A stretch of 64,000 nt of DNA from Octopus vulgaris (taxonomy: Eukaryota): positions 80,786,001-80,850,000 of the forward strand of contig OX597817.1 in NCBI GenBank assembly GCA_951406725.2. Direction: 5' to 3'. Positions 39,371 through 53,411 of the stretch are shown one piece after another (the stretch's first letter is position 1; each line of letters opens with the position of its first letter). The position numbers and the translations under genes were made by a program. Under the pieces are notes generated by a model. The model worked only from the letters and a program-made list of their open reading frames with translations. It had not been told where the DNA came from and ran no database searches.

Positions 39371-40962
39371 GATTGTCATAGAATATATTTAAGCGGAGAC
39401 CATCATTCAAATTTTAACTTCCTTTACAATGTCCAACAAAGCAAGCATGAGAAATCTTACGTAAGTGAATAGTTAAATGAGGTATGGCTATGAAACCATG
39501 TAGTGTGACATGAATCACAGCATAATCAGCAAAGCGTAGGGATTTGGAAAAGTGAATCTGGAAAACACATTACGTTCCGTCGGGTTTTAGAATGAAATTT
39601 TTATCCCAATAATCAGTTGACTGTGGTGTGTAATGAATAGAAAAATTAGAAAATTTTAAAAGCATTTTAAGACAATTTCAAATCTGGCCTAAACTATAAA
39701 GAAGAAAATATGAAAAAATATGTGAAATAGTCAAGAACAAATTGTATGACTCTCTCCAGTGTTGCATATAAAACAAGTAAGGGGGCAAAAAACAAAGAGG
39801 TTTTTATCAAAAGAAATATAATATAACGTCCTGTCTCTATCTCTCTAGCTATCTGTCTATCTATCTCGAGCTCTCTAGAAATAATAGCCAAACTCTAAAC
39901 CTTTAAAACTCTAATTCATTTATCAGTCGTCTTTTGAATTTGAAGGGAGTATTTATTCTAAACCTTATACTTGTGACTGTTGTAGCTGAAGCGCCCGCAT
40001 TTCTCCTTTATATATTCTTTTTTGTTCTTTGTTCTCTTTTTGTTTACAATAGTGTTGTGTATGTGAAGTGTTCTATTCCTTGGTTTGAAAAATTATGTGA
40101 CTCTGAAGAATTGCTATATGTTGCAGAAGGATAGATAACTGAGTAATAATCAATGGAACAGACAATGGGACGCCAGAAAAAAATATTTAATTAGACCGCA
40201 AAGGAGCACATTTCAAAACCAAACGAAAATTCTAAATAAAATTGAATAAAATTAATACAGACACCAAAACAAAAAGTAAGCATTTGCTATAAACTAAAAC
40301 AAAAAAAACACACACACGCACATACAAGCCCGAATGATAATACCAAATAGACAAATGAGCCTTTTGTTTTTACTTTTTTTGCCAAACTGCATTATGGTCT
40401 TTTGTGAACGACAATATCATTTTTCTGTAGGTTTTTGGTTTGTCTGTTTTGGGGCTTTTTGTTTTCTTTTGCCTTCGTTTTAAATCAAATATTCGGGGAG
40501 AGCAGCAAATAATTAATTAATTTCATTTTTAACAGTTTCTGATGTAATCTTCTATCGTAATCTACTAACAAAGACCAAAATATTTCATTAATAAGCTAAC
40601 TCCTATCCTACAAAAAATACAGGACTTTCAAAAAACATAGAAGGGCTCTCAAGAATTTTACACTGTTTTTCTTTATTTTTTTCGGAAAAATGTCAATTCA
40701 TTGGTTACTATTGTTGTTATTATTATTTCCTTGTATGTCAAGTTTTGTTGGAACTCCTGGAGATTAGCTCGCAAACTCAGATACACGTATCGTAAGCCAA
40801 TAAGGTACATGCTAAACTGGTTATGGTCAAGCAACTAACAAGCAAATCTGTTGTATTGAGCAGATTACTTGCTATAGCCCATCTTTTAAACCAAGACCAG
40901 ACATGGAAAATTAGTTAAGACTAGAAGCCATGAGAGCCACTGTCTGGAACTGCATCAGGGCA

Positions 40963-41033
<71 letters not shown>

Positions 41034-41041
41034 CATTATTA

Positions 41042-41114
<73 letters not shown>

Positions 41115-41214
41115 TACTATTACTATTTTGTCTATTATGCAAGACTCTCGGATAGTTAAGTACCGGTTATTCTTTACTTGAAAGCAGGCAATAACAAATC
41201 ACCAAAGATTTCAA

Positions 41215-41985
41215 GTAGTGCCTTCTCCTGTATCACCATTACTTTCTTCATGCCCCATAACTTTCCTACCTCGTCCCGCAGTGGCTGGTATTTCTCAATC
41301 TTTTCTGTTTCCTTACCTATCACATTCGAATCGCCTGGTATCGCAATATCAGTTAGCTTTACTTCTTTTTCATCTTTATATATGAGCACGATATCTGGTC
41401 GTCTCACCTCTATGACTTGGTCGTACTGCATGTTAAAATCCCAGAGTATTTTGTAATGTTCATTTTCCACGACTCCCTCTGGCTTGTGTTCATACCGTGG
41501 TTCGGTTCCCTTGATGTTTGTTTACTGTACAAAAGCCAGTGGACATATCTGGCCACATTGTCGTGTCTCCTTTTGTATTCCCATTGTGCGAGCTTACAGA
41601 ACTCACTGACAATATGGTTTATACTTTCTCCCTTCTCAGAGCACATCCTACACTGTGGCGGATCAGTGCTTTTATCAATGTGATATTTGGAGTAGTTTGT
41701 TCTGAGAGCTTGTTCTTGAGCGCTGCACAGTAATACCTCAGTGGGTTCTTTTAAGTCACCTTTCTGCAGCCATTCCCAGGTTCTATTCCAATCAATCTCA
41801 TCTTTATTCTTCAAGAACTGACCGTGCAATTTTTGTCCTGCCAAATTTTCTACATCTGCTTTCTCTGGTCTTTCTTAAATTGTGTTGGATCTACGGCTTC
41901 GTTCATTTTTAATGTTCCCTGCATTTTCACTGTTTCTGTCATTTCTTCTTTACTCACCTTCACGTACCAAGCCAGGCTATTCACC
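41215..41985 (-). mobile_element. R4/Dong-like retrotransposon 3' fragment
   Basis: LHGQF, EVLLCSAQEQALRTNY, CRMCSEKGESINHIVSE, YKRRHDNV, KILWDFN, RRPDIV, DIAIPGD, EKIEKYQPL. Confidence 0.9.
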
Positions 41986-42009
41986 TTGACATACCAAGTC
42001 AGGTTGATT

Positions 42010-42550
42010 AAATAAATATCAGCTAAACACTAGGATTGACGTAACCCACTTGCCACTTCTCGCAAAATTTCAGGCCTTTTGCCTATAGTAGAAAGGATAA
42101 TTATTAAAACAACGAAAGGCGGTGAACTGGCAAAATCGTTAGCATGCCGGGAAGAATGCTTAGAGGCATTTCGCCTATCATCACGTTCTGAGTTCAAATC
42201 CCGCCGAGAACGATTTTGCCTTTTATCTTTTCGGAGTCGATAAAATAAGTGCTAGTCGAGCATTGGGGTCGATGTAATCGACTTACCTATTTCCTTCGAA
42301 ATTGTTGGTCTTGTGCCAAAATATTAAATTATCACGACGGTGAACTGACAAAATGATAAGCGCGTCAGACGAAATACTTAGCAGCATTTCTTCTAGTTCT
42401 TTATTTTCTGAGATCAAATCCCGGCAAAGTCAAGCTTGCCTTCTATCCCTCCGGGTTCAAGAAAATATAATCTCAGCCTAGTAGTAGATTCGATATCTAC
42501 TAACACCTCTTACAAAAACTGCTGGCCTTGTGCCAAAATTTGAAACCATT
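42010..42550 (+). mobile_element. Cluster of three tandem group B SINE copies (one partial)
   Basis: Tail at 42010-42100, then heads GGCGGTGAACTGGCAAAATCG (42116) and GACGGTGAACTGACAAAATG (42336). Confidence 0.75.
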
Positions 42551-42716
42551 ATTATTATTTCTTTTATGCATTAAAATTTCGTTTCAGCCTTTGTCATTTC
42601 TGTTCTTCGTTACATAAGAGTTAGCCTTATTCTCTCTTGTCTTCCCTTTCTTGACTTTTCTCTATCCTTATTTTATAACACACACACACACATACACACA
42701 CGCATACACACACACA

Positions 42717-42762
<46 letters not shown>

Positions 42763-43397
42763 AAATTCTCTCTTGCTTTCTCTCTTTCTGTTTCCTGCTT
42801 CGTTGCACTAATTCCTCTCCCTCTTTAGATTAAATTTCCACATATTTCTCAACCACGCCCATAAAATACATCTTCCTTCTCAACATTTCATATCTCCATG
42901 CCTTCCTTCTACTTTCGAGTTATTGAACTTAGAATTGCACTTTTTTCTTTCTTTATTATTTTATTTCCTCTCTTTTTATTTAATATGACAAAGAAATATC
43001 GACTATATTTTTCCTTCCCTTATAAATTTTCCCTTCGAATTTCATTAATACAAAGTGATTCTTATACATATTTTTCATTAGAATTTTAATAAAAATTTTA
43101 TGAGAGATAAGCGAACACTATACAAATATATGTTGCTAATATTTATCTGTTGTTATATTTATTCTTGCCATTGCTGTTGTTGTGTTGGTCACAGCCCAAA
43201 TTACAAATTAATTTTATGTTAATAAGCTGACATCAAATTACTCAACAGAAGATTCCGATTGTTCTTCGTTTTTTTTTTTTGTTTTTTTTTTTTTTTTTTT
43301 GTTTTTCATCTCCTCCACTGACTCAAACCTTCACATTTTCATCTCGCTAAATACTACTACCACCTGCACTAACATTATTAATACTACTATTACTACA

Positions 43398-43462
<65 letters not shown>

Positions 43463-43474
43463 CAACAACAACAA

Positions 43475-46400
43475 TCAGCTCTGGGCTAAATAACAACACG
43501 GACGTACTCTCAGAGGCTCTCTCCACAAAAAACAAATTTAATCCAATAACATCGGTGCAATGAAAGGAAAACTTCGAGATATAACTATGGGGAAAGTCCT
43601 GTTAAGAAAAAGGAACTAAAATTCGGAAATATTTTTGTTACATGCAGTGTAGTTTCTTTCTTAAATGCGCGATATATCTCAGTGTGACACACGAAAGACG
43701 TCGAAACCAGCACCAGGAACCCTGGTAAAACACACTAATTACTCAGTAAATATGTAAATTGAATAATTACCTATACATGCAACTGTCCATGCATCCATGT
43801 GCACATGCTAATATTTACAAGTAAATAAATAATGCCTACACAACACACACGTACACACACAGAAAATAAAAGACAAGCACGTGTCACGAGCGATGCCGTA
43901 CCAAACAAAAACAAAGCGACTTCCCACGAAAGAAATATAACAAGGAGCAAATTAGTCACTTAGTTTAAAACATCACCAAACAGTTACGCCCGGAAATATA
44001 GCTACGCAAAAATAGAGGCGATTTTCGATCTATCAGCCTACGATACGATTAATATATCCATTCGAAAAACAGGGAAACGGTGTCATGTGAAAAAGTCAAC
44101 CTTGAACAAACAGACCCGTCTTCTATTGTTACCGTCGACAAGCCAAAACTCATGCCAGATCGGTCATCGCCCGGGACAAAGACCGCGTTACCCAGTGGTG
44201 AACCAAACTGGCATAGAGAAATCTGCTGCTGAAACAAACTTGCAAAAACACGAACTACCAGGTAGCAAGAACCAGGATAAACCTAACTCTATACTTGTAG
44301 TGACACCACCAAAAACACCACTTAATGCAAAACGCATAAAACGGATTAGAGAGGATTATAGAGATGTGTCGAAAGCTTTCTATACAGCCCAACTAAACCC
44401 AAAGAATAACCTCAGTGTGCAGATAGAGAAGTTTAGTAAGCAACGAAATACGCAGATAGATAGACGCAAATAAATTAAATAATGTACGTAGAGACATCAT
44501 TGAGAATAAAAGGTTAACCAACGCTAAAATTAGCAAAATTAGGACACAAATATCCCATTGTAGACCAAATGAAAACAGCAATAATGCAGATGAAATAAGA
44601 TGCACAGAACCCAGTGTACGAACAGTGCATCCCAACGAGGAAGCTGAAAAAAGAATAGCGAAGAACAGTTATGCAGAAAAAGAGGAGAAAGTAGACCTAC
44701 CTCAAGAATACCAGAATAGATATGACACAGAATTTGAAGTGAATAATAAAGAGATCATAGAATCAAAAGAAGATATTATGAGAGAACTCAGCAAGACTGA
44801 GTTTACTGACATGATCAATAGAGAACCGCTACCAAAGCTCTCAAACAACATAAGAAATAACTTAATCATGATATATAATATTGCTCTTAGACAGATCTTA
44901 AGAAATAAAGAAAATGACCTGACAAACATTAAATAACCTCATCTATTCCACTGCTAAAGTTGTAACCTCTCAATTATGTATAAGGACGACGGAGAAAAAG
45001 ACCAACCATGTCAATAGACCTTTCAAGTGGAAAGTAGCAATAAAGAAGAGATCGAATATTTGTGGGTGGATGTATAAGTTCTCGATGAACTTGGTAGAGA
45101 AATAAATGTTAAGACGAAACAAGCTCGAAAATCAATCAAAAATATAAAATCAAAGATATTATAAACGTCTCTGCAACCTAGGAACTAGTGAAACAACGAA
45201 TACAACTGAAAGCCCAACGACTCAGTAGATATAGCAAAAGAATCAAATTTCATCGATAAAACAAGGTATTCAAGAGGGATGCAGGAAAAGTTTACAGGGA
45301 AATTGGCGAAAACAAGATAGAAGTAAAGGAGCAACCAAAGACTGAGGAAATGGAAGCGTAGTGGAAGAAGACATGGAGCAACAAAAAGAGAACATAACGC
45401 TGATAGCTCATTGGATAGAACGTGGGAAAGTGAGATTGGATGAAGTTGAAGAGCAGAAATAGGAGGCAATAGGAGTAGAAGAGCTAAGATATGTTCTTAG
45501 AAAGTCTCGCAAATGGAGAACCCCAAGACTGGACCGGATACCTAACTTCTGCCTGAACTGTTTGACAGAAGTACACCAAAATCTTGCTGCATCCCTAACT
45601 TATGTCACCCAAAACCAGAGTAAATACCTGCCTGGCTGATCGAAGGAACAACCTTGTGTTGCCAATATGAAACCTTCAGTCTCTGCTTTCAGGCCTAAAC
45701 TTCCCCGCCACTGAGGAGTTGTTTCTTAAGGATGTTGATAAAGCTATTACCCATCAATTGTTAGAGTCTTCTGGCTTAAAATAGAAACAGAAGGGTTTAT
45801 CATAGAAGCCCAAGATCAATGCATAACTACAAGGAACTACCAGGCTAACATATTAAAGAACGGCAGTAGCCCAACATGTGTATGTAAACAACAAAATCAA
45901 ACCATTGATCATGTTGTCTCCATGTGCAGTCTTCTGGCGCCTACAGAGTATCTCAAAAGGCATGACAGAGCAGCGCTGAGTAATTTGCAAAACCTGGACC
46001 TGTTCCATGATAAAAACTGGAGGGAACACAAACCACCTCCAGTGCTTGGGAAAGATCACATCCCCTCCCCGCCTCCAGAAATTCACCGTTCAAACTGACA
46101 GGAAGATAGATGTGAATAGGACAAGCCATTATATTGAAAGACTTCAGACAAAAATCATGCCTCCTCATTGATATGACAGTCCCAATCGATATAAATGTAT
46201 CTGTCAAGACCTACCAAAAACTAAGCAAGTATCAAGATCTTGAAATAGAACTTGGCAAAATGAGGAACCTCAAGACTAAAACAATACCTCTTGTCATAAG
46301 TACCCGATGAATAATACTAAACGGGGTTGATTGCTACCTAGCTCAGATACCAGGAAACCCCAAAATGGCAGAAATTCAGAAGATAGTGCTCGTGGGAATT

Positions 46401-46617
46401 GCCCATATCCTACGTAAGATACTATGTAATCTCAAATTCTAAAACAAACTTATAATTTTCTTATGCTTTCTTAAGCACACTCTAGAACAATACTATGTGC
46501 AAAAGCAAATATCTGATACCCTAGTCATAACACCAACATGAACTTCCGACATGTCTCTTGAGGTCTCTAAGTGAGATGTGGAGTCAACTTTTGCAAATAC
46601 AAAGCAAAAGTCACATA
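43475..46617 (+). mobile_element. Long decayed, internally deleted R4/Dong-like retrotransposon
   Basis: REPLPKL, QLKAQRLSRY, KWRTP..DRIPNF, AWLIEG, ETEGFIIEAQDQCITTRNY, TIDHVVS, LLIDMTVPID, KLSKYQDLEIE. Starts at (AAT)n/(AAC)n and ends at (GAA)n. Confidence 0.8.
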
Positions 46618-46998
46618 GAAGAAGAAGAAGAAGAAGAAGAAGAAGAAGAAGAAGAAGAAGGAGGAGGAGAAGGAGGAGGAGGAGGAGGAGAAGAAGAAGA
46701 AGAAGAAGAAGAAGAAGAAGAAGAAGAAGAAGAAGAAGAAGAATTCATTTATTTGTCACACAACAACATTATTACTTCCGCCAGTCCCGTCATAACTACT
46801 GTCACTACTACAAGAAATACTGCTACCGCTGCCACCGCCATCACTACCACTGCCATCACCGCTACAACTAACACTTCCACCACCACCACTATTACTACTA
46901 CTACTACTACTACTACTACTATTACAACTACAACTACCACCACCACTTCTGCTACTTCCACCACCATCATCATTGCAACCACCATCACCACCACCACC

Positions 46999-47059
<61 letters not shown>

Positions 47060-47082
47060 TTACTACTACCACTACTACTACG
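46618..47082. repeat. (GAA)n/(GGA)n array followed by (ACT/ACC)n array
   Basis: Seen directly. It explains the poly-E and poly-T ORFs. Confidence 0.95.
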
Positions 47083-47837
47083 TCAGTCTGATTTCTGAAT
47101 CGTCCGGTCCCCTCGATATCTCTAATATTTTTAATTACATACACATTGTTATTTAATAATTTTTGCCTTTTTTTTCGATGTTTTAGAGGGGTTTGATATA
47201 TTTACTATGTTATATTCTTATTTTCATTTTCATTCTTTTTGCTTATTTGTTTGTTTTTGTTTCGGATGATATGTTTATCACTATGTCTCATTATGCCTAT
47301 AATATGGAGAGCAGTTTATCATCCCTAGGATACAATTTCATCATTTCCCTACAGACCGTTATTACTTGGTTGCTCCTACTGTTTTAATAACAATGATTTC
47401 TACTGTTTAATAATATTTCATAACTCTGAAAGGGTTTACAACACACATACACACACACGCACACACACACGCGCACACGCACACACACACGTGAAGAGAG
47501 ACAGAGAGAAATATAGAAAGAGACGAAGACAGAAATGATGAGAGATAAAATGGCTGAAAGTGAGAGCGAAACAGACAGATTACTCGTATATGTGTATGAT
47601 GTCTTTACATATGAGTTTCATGAAACTAGACACAATGTTAGGTTGCAAAGGCGGGGCGTAAATAGGACCAACTCTGTCATATCGATGGCAATTAAGGCGG
47701 CAGCAAGGCGAGTTTTCTTTGTTGTTGTTTTTTTTAAGGGATTATTCACTTAATCAATATAACAGATGAAACCCCTCAACAACTGTCCTACCGCCATCTT
47801 TGTAAAAACAATAAAGCATGGTATCTTTTTTTTTTTA

Positions 47838-48243
47838 GTCATCAGGCTGCAGCCATGTTGGAACACTTGCTTGAATACTTTAGCCGTCCAAATCGACCCC
47901 AGTACTTATGCTTTTGTTTTTTTTTATTTCATTTTTGGTTGTTTTTTTTTTTGTTAAGTTTGTTACGTATTCTATCGGTGGTTTTTGCACACAAACCAAG
48001 ACCGATTGTCAAGCGATTGTCAAGTATGTAACATACACAGACACAAAGCACAAAGACACACACTCATAGACACATATACGACGGGCTTCCACACAGTTTC
48101 CGTCAACGAAATTCATTTACAAGGCATTGGTCGGTCGGAAGCTAAAGTTAGAAGGCACTTGCTCAAAATGCCATGCAGAGGGACAGAACCCGAATCCATG
48201 TGGTTGTAAAGTAGCTTTTTAAGCACACAACCATACCTGCGCT
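47838..48243 (-). mobile_element. Group A SINE (diverged)
   Basis: Colinear with 52636-53043. Confidence 0.7.
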
Positions 48244-48360
48244 TAGATGTGTCTGCTAGCGACTACATAATCATATCAAAACAATTAGTGAAAGCATAGT
48301 ATATTTAACTATATCACATTCGTTCGAAGATAACGACTGGTATATATATATATATATATA

Positions 48361-48482
48361 GGCCTGCTCGCTTAGCCAGAGGGGTGGCGTCATTTCAAGG
48401 CTAAAACAATGTGAAGCGCATTGTGACCAGCGATGTGTAGCAACATCTGAGAGCCTGGTCGGTCACGGTGATCACGGTGATA
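48361..48482 (+). mobile_element. 3' tail of the group C SINE variant, inside (TA)n
   Basis: Reverse complement of 17775-17890. Confidence 0.7.
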
Positions 48483-48499
48483 TATATATATATATATAT

Positions 48500-48700
48500 A
48501 TTCAAAATGTAACCACACGTGAATCGTTGGCGATTTTTTCATCCGTCTTCCTTTTCTCTTAGACTTTCCTCCGTCTCCTGTTTACGACGAAGAGCTTTGC
48601 TCGAAACATAAAACCACATTTCTTTCCTTTCCTGAGCGTCTACTAATACTTTACCTGTACCACGTTTTTTTTTTTTTTCTTCTGTTTGTCCTTCGTTTTA
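48500..48700 (+). mobile_element. Short Penelope-terminus-like element
   Basis: ATCGTTGGCGATTTT...GACGAAGAGCTTTGCTCGAAAC...CCTGAGCGTC. Inverse homologue of 12840-13110. Confidence 0.6.
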
Positions 48701-49824
48701 TGGGTGGGGGGATTTACTGTGTGTATATTGATTACTACACGTGTCTGATAGTCGAAAGGCCCTATCTGTTTTGTTTTATCTTTGTTGTAATTTCCTTTTT
48801 TATATTCTTTTTGTTTTATAGCCGAAAGGCGTTTGTCCATTGTATGATGATTTTGATGATTTTCCAGTTTCAGCTAATGAGCTTTCAACAGTTGAAAGAC
48901 CCTTTCTGTTGTTTATTTATTTGTTTTCATATATGTACATTCATTTGCCTTTCCCAGATGTTTAATGCTTTTAGCTTAAGTCCCTGGCCCAGCCGGTTTC
49001 GAGTAGTATCGGAGATAAGTGGACGAAACAACGAAGACATTCTAGACTCTGATTGAAGAGGAAATTTACTGTGAATGATCCGTGTATCTTGTTTTGTCCT
49101 GTTTACCGTTGTCGTGCTATCGTCCTGTTTTCCGCATGTTGTGTTTTGACGGTCAGCGTTTGTTGTGTTCTTTCTGTTCTACCTTTGATTTATATATATA
49201 TATAAACTTAGATAAACTTAGATATGTTTCGACCAAAGATTGGTCCAGGCCATGTCTAACTTAATAGCACCACCTGATAGGATTATTCGAATCCTGTTTA
49301 AGTCAAGTTTTGTTTGAGTCAAGTTTTGTTCAAGTAGTGAGTTCTTGTTGGGTGAGTTGTATCCAGTTTTGTTCAAGTAGTGAGTTCTTGTTGGGTGAGT
49401 TGTATCCAATTATGGGTGGCTTATCTGGTATTCTTTGAAGGAATCTATCCAGACTCTGTTTAAAGTTGATATATATATACCTTTGATTTATGTATTTATA
49501 TTTATTATTTTTTATCTTATATTAAACTTTTTAATACTTTTTGATAGTTATATATATTTAATAAATTTTTTTTTAAAAGAAAAAAATAAATAAATAAAAT
49601 TTAAAAAATAAAAATAAAAATAAATATAAATATATATATATATAAAAATTTATAAATATAAATTGATAATTTTAAATTTTTAACTTTAAATTTAAATAAT
49701 TTAAATTTTGAATTTTATATTTTATATATTTTGTATATTATATTAATTAATTTTATTTCTATGTTTTGGTTTATGTTTTTCACTGTTTGATTTGCCTAAT
49801 AGTGGTTTTATCTCTAATTTAATT

Positions 49825-49929
<105 letters not shown>

Positions 49930-49952
49930 TGCATATAGATATACATGATATA

Positions 49953-50528
49953 CAGGGTGGCCCCAAAAAATGTATACACGTTTCCTTCTACAGCAGATAA
50001 CCTAAATCTTCGTTTCTTTTCAGATTTCACCCATCAGAATGGCATCAAGACTTAGCTCTAAACAAAAGAAATTCATCTTACAATGCTACTAAAAGTATGA
50101 AAATGCAATTGGAGTCCAAACACAGTATAGAAGAGAGTGTCAATCATATCCACCTGGATGGATAACCATCTATAGAATCAAGAATAAATTTAAATCTGAT
50201 GGAACTGTAGAATTTAGAAAGGAACCGTCCAGGAAGACCAGGGACATCAATTAGCCTCAGGAAGCAAGAAAAGATACTGGAAAATTTTCACGAAAAACCG
50301 AGAAAATCTGTGCGAAAAGGGAGCAGTGATACAGGTATTTCATTTACGCCTGTCAATCACATTTTGAAGCAGTGCTATCAATGAAGATTATCCGGACAGA
50401 AAACGGGAGTACTGCGAATGGTGCTTGACAAAAGGCTTCGAAGATACTCACTTTCCAATAAAAGTTATGTGGATTGTTGAGGCTACATTTCAATTAAATG
50501 GTTCAATTAACTGCCACAACTGTACTAC
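49953..50528 (+). mobile_element. Tc1/mariner remnant, rosa (DD41D)-like, with a DUF4817-type HTH
   Basis: TA|CAGGGTGGCCCCAAAAAATGTATACAC end. From ATG 50039: KFILQCY*KYENAIGVQTQYRRE..TIYRIKNKFKSDGTV, KPRKSVRK, EATFQLNGSINCHNC. Confidence 0.8.
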
Positions 50529-50529
50529 T

Positions 50530-51020
50530 AGGATCCATATGGCCCCTGTAGGTCCATATATGGTTTTTGGGTGTCCATATAGCAAAATAGTAAATTGGGG
50601 ATCCACAATAGTATTTTAAGAGCCCCAGAAAAAAAATTTGCTTTAAATGCATGTATTGGTATGTATTGCGATAAATTGCTAGGGTTCTTTCTCTAACATT
50701 TTACATAGTTCAAACTACACAAATTAATGTTGATAAACAAAATAGGAATTTTGAAAGAAGCTTCAATAAAACTTGTTTTTAAATATCAAATGACGATGGG
50801 GTTCCACGTAGCAAAATAGTATAGCAAGAAATAGCTCGCTTTCTTTCTCCAACATTTTACATAGTTCAACTTACACAAGTGAATGTGTGAAAAACAAAAT
50901 AGGAATTTTGAAAAAAGTTTCTATAAAACTAGTTTTGAAATATAGAATGGCTATTGGGGTCCACCAGAATAAAATAGTAATCAAAGGGGTCCATAGATAA
51001 AAAATGGTTGAGAACCCCTG
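50530..51020. mobile_element. Non-autonomous hAT (Charlie-like) element, one end missing, with an internal ~150-bp duplication
   Basis: Terminus GGGGTCCATAGATAAAAAATGGTTGAGAACCCCTG followed by ATCTAAAT. AACATTTTACATAGTTCAA..AAATAGGAATTTTGAAA is repeated at ~50695 and ~50851. Confidence 0.65.
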
Positions 51021-51225
51021 ATCTAAATGCTGTTGAACTGTCATGAATAAGGGAGTCTTTCTACAGTCGAAGCTTTATTTCCTTCGGCTGCTACACTTTG
51101 GAACTGTCATCCATCTCATTGTTTTCCCTTCTTTATAATCCCTTAGACTAAGTAGCTTCTCACCTTGTTTGGAACTTTTTTAGACAAGAAAATTTACCAA
51201 CGACATCGACGACACTGACCCCACC

Positions 51226-51379
51226 ACGAATGCCGTCTCAAGGCATGGGCACACTGAACAGTTGTTCAAGGGTCTCATGGGTCCAAGGGCACATTTCTGA
51301 TCTTTGTATGCGGTGACTTGCTGCAGGGCCCAATGCATTGATTTTACCAGGGGTTTATAAGACTGCTAAGATATCCCTG
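51226..51379. mobile_element. Possible degraded hAT-type MITE
   Basis: Ends resemble (CAGG)GCCGTCTCAAGG...CTAAGATATCCCTG. The TIR match is weak. Confidence 0.35.
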
Positions 51380-51480
51380 CCGGTCACGCCGGTCACGCCG
51401 CCCAAGCCGCCCACGCCGCCCACGCCGCCCACGCCGCCCACGCCGGTCCTGCCGGTCCTACCGGTCCTGCTGGTCCTGCT
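51380..51480. repeat. GC-rich 9-bp tandem repeat (CCGCCCACG / CCGGTCCTG)
   Basis: About 11 units seen directly. Confidence 0.85.
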
Positions 51481-51681
51481 GATCACCACCACTAACACCA
51501 ACACTACGATTGCGACCGTTACTTTTAACGCAAAATTAAGTGATAATTTGATTTCACTAACAAATAACTAATTTATCAAATCATATTGCCTTATCCACCC
51601 AATAAATCTGTAATTAGTGATGGTTATATAGTTGATTCCTAAAATCGTATCAAAATCGTATATAAAAAAATACATCTGCAT

Positions 51682-52090
51682 AGTCGCAGGTGTGGCTGTG
51701 TGGTGATAACCTTGCGACCCGACCACATAGTTCCAGGTTCAGTTCCACTGCGTCGCACCTCGCGCAAATGTCTTCTACTATAGTACTATAGCCTCTGACC
51801 GACCAAAACCTTGTGAGTGGATTTGGTAGACAGAGACTGAAAGTAGCCCGAGGTATATATATATATATATATAGTGAGAGAGAGAGAGAGAGAGAGAGAG
51901 ACTACACATTCTTCATTTTCTCTCCTTGTTTCTTTCTGTGTTCCTTTCTGTAGAAGAGCGTCGGCTCGAAACGTTAAAGACTTTTTCACTTCCCGAGCGC
52001 TATACTAATACATCTGTTTGTTGTCTACACCACCTGTCTTCGTCCTTTGTTTTTTTGTGAATTCTCCCCCTGTATATATATATATATATA

Positions 52091-52124
<34 letters not shown>

Positions 52125-52477
52125 CATACATACATATATGCATACATACATACATACATACATACATACATACATACATACATACATACATACATACATA
52201 AATATGTGTCTATGTATTATGTATATATGTGTGTGTGTGTGTATGTGTGTGTGTCTTTGTGTCTGTGTTTGTCCCTCATCACCGCCTAACAATCGGTGCT
52301 GGTGTGTTTACGTCGCCGTATTCTAGCAGTTCGGCGAAAGAGAACTATGGGATAAGTACAAGGCTTTAAAAAATAAGTCCTGGGGTCGATTTGTTTGACT
52401 GGAACCCTTCAAGGTGGTGCTCCAGCATGGCCGCAGTCAAGTGACTGAAACAAGCAAAAGAATAAAAGAATAAAGAA
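51682..52477 (+). mobile_element. Group A SINE with a nested Penelope-terminus-like element (51905-52075)
   Basis: Head at 51682-51852 and tail at 52255-52477. The insert CTGTAGAAGAGCGTCGGCTCGAAACGTT lies within the internal microsatellite. Confidence 0.8.
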
Positions 52478-52635
52478 TCGCTAAATAGCAACTTCTGCAT
52501 CAGACATGTTAGTCATTCCAGTTTGGCTTTTTACTCTATATGGATATTTTGTTTATTTGTTTTATTGGATGTACTCCTACTTTTTTCTTTCTTTTTTTTT
52601 TGATCTTCGATTGCATTTTTTTTCATAGACATATT

Positions 52636-53043
52636 TACTCTTTTACTTGTTTCAGTCATGTTACTGTAGCCATGCTGGAGCACCGCCTTTAGTCGAGCAA
52701 ATCGACCCCAGGACTTATTCTTTGTAAGCCTAGTACTTATTCTATCGGTCTCTTTTGCCGAACCGCTAAGTTACGGGGACGTAAACACACCATCATCGGT
52801 TGTCAAACGATGTTGGGGGGACAAACACAGACACGCAAACATATACACACACCCATACATACATATATATACATATATACGACGGGCTTCTTTCAGTTTC
52901 CGTCTACCAAATCCTCTCACACGGCTTTGGTTGGCTCGAGGCTATAGTAAAAGACACTTGCTCAAGGCGTCACACAGTGGGACTGAACCCAGAACCATGT
53001 GGTTGGTAAGCAAGCTACTTACCACACAGCCACTCCTACGCCT
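52636..53043 (-). mobile_element. Group A SINE, full length
   Basis: Complete head-to-tail copy ending in (GTAAAAGA) repeats. Confidence 0.9.
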
Positions 53044-53411
53044 ATATATGTTTACGAAATGGTATAACTTTCAGTTCTGGCTCTGAATTCTATACCAAAT
53101 CTATGGAAATGAACTTAAAAATAAAAAATATTTCCTTTATTGAATGTGACTCTATCAGAACCAGTGAACAATTTGAAAACCTATCAAAGTTTTTAACAAT
53201 TTGGCACAGAGATAAATCTACTTCACACTTGTGCATATGAGCCTCAGTGTTGATCAACGAGTTTTGTTACTACTGTCTGCCTTCTTACCATTCGAGACAT
53301 AATGGCATTAATCTGTTCGCCTATATGCGGTGCTATGTGTTGAGACAAACAGGTTTACAAACAAATGATAGTAACAATTTTCAGTGCCAGTACACAAAAA
53401 ACGATAAACAT

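Noticed and set aside
43475-43640. Possible HDV-like ribozyme at the 5' end of the R4/Dong-like element
   Set aside because: I could not assemble the nested double pseudoknot from this decayed sequence.
46558-47091. 177-aa acidic/Thr-rich mucin-like ORF
   Set aside because: It starts in a retrotransposon 3' end and consists of (GAA)n and (ACT)n repeats.
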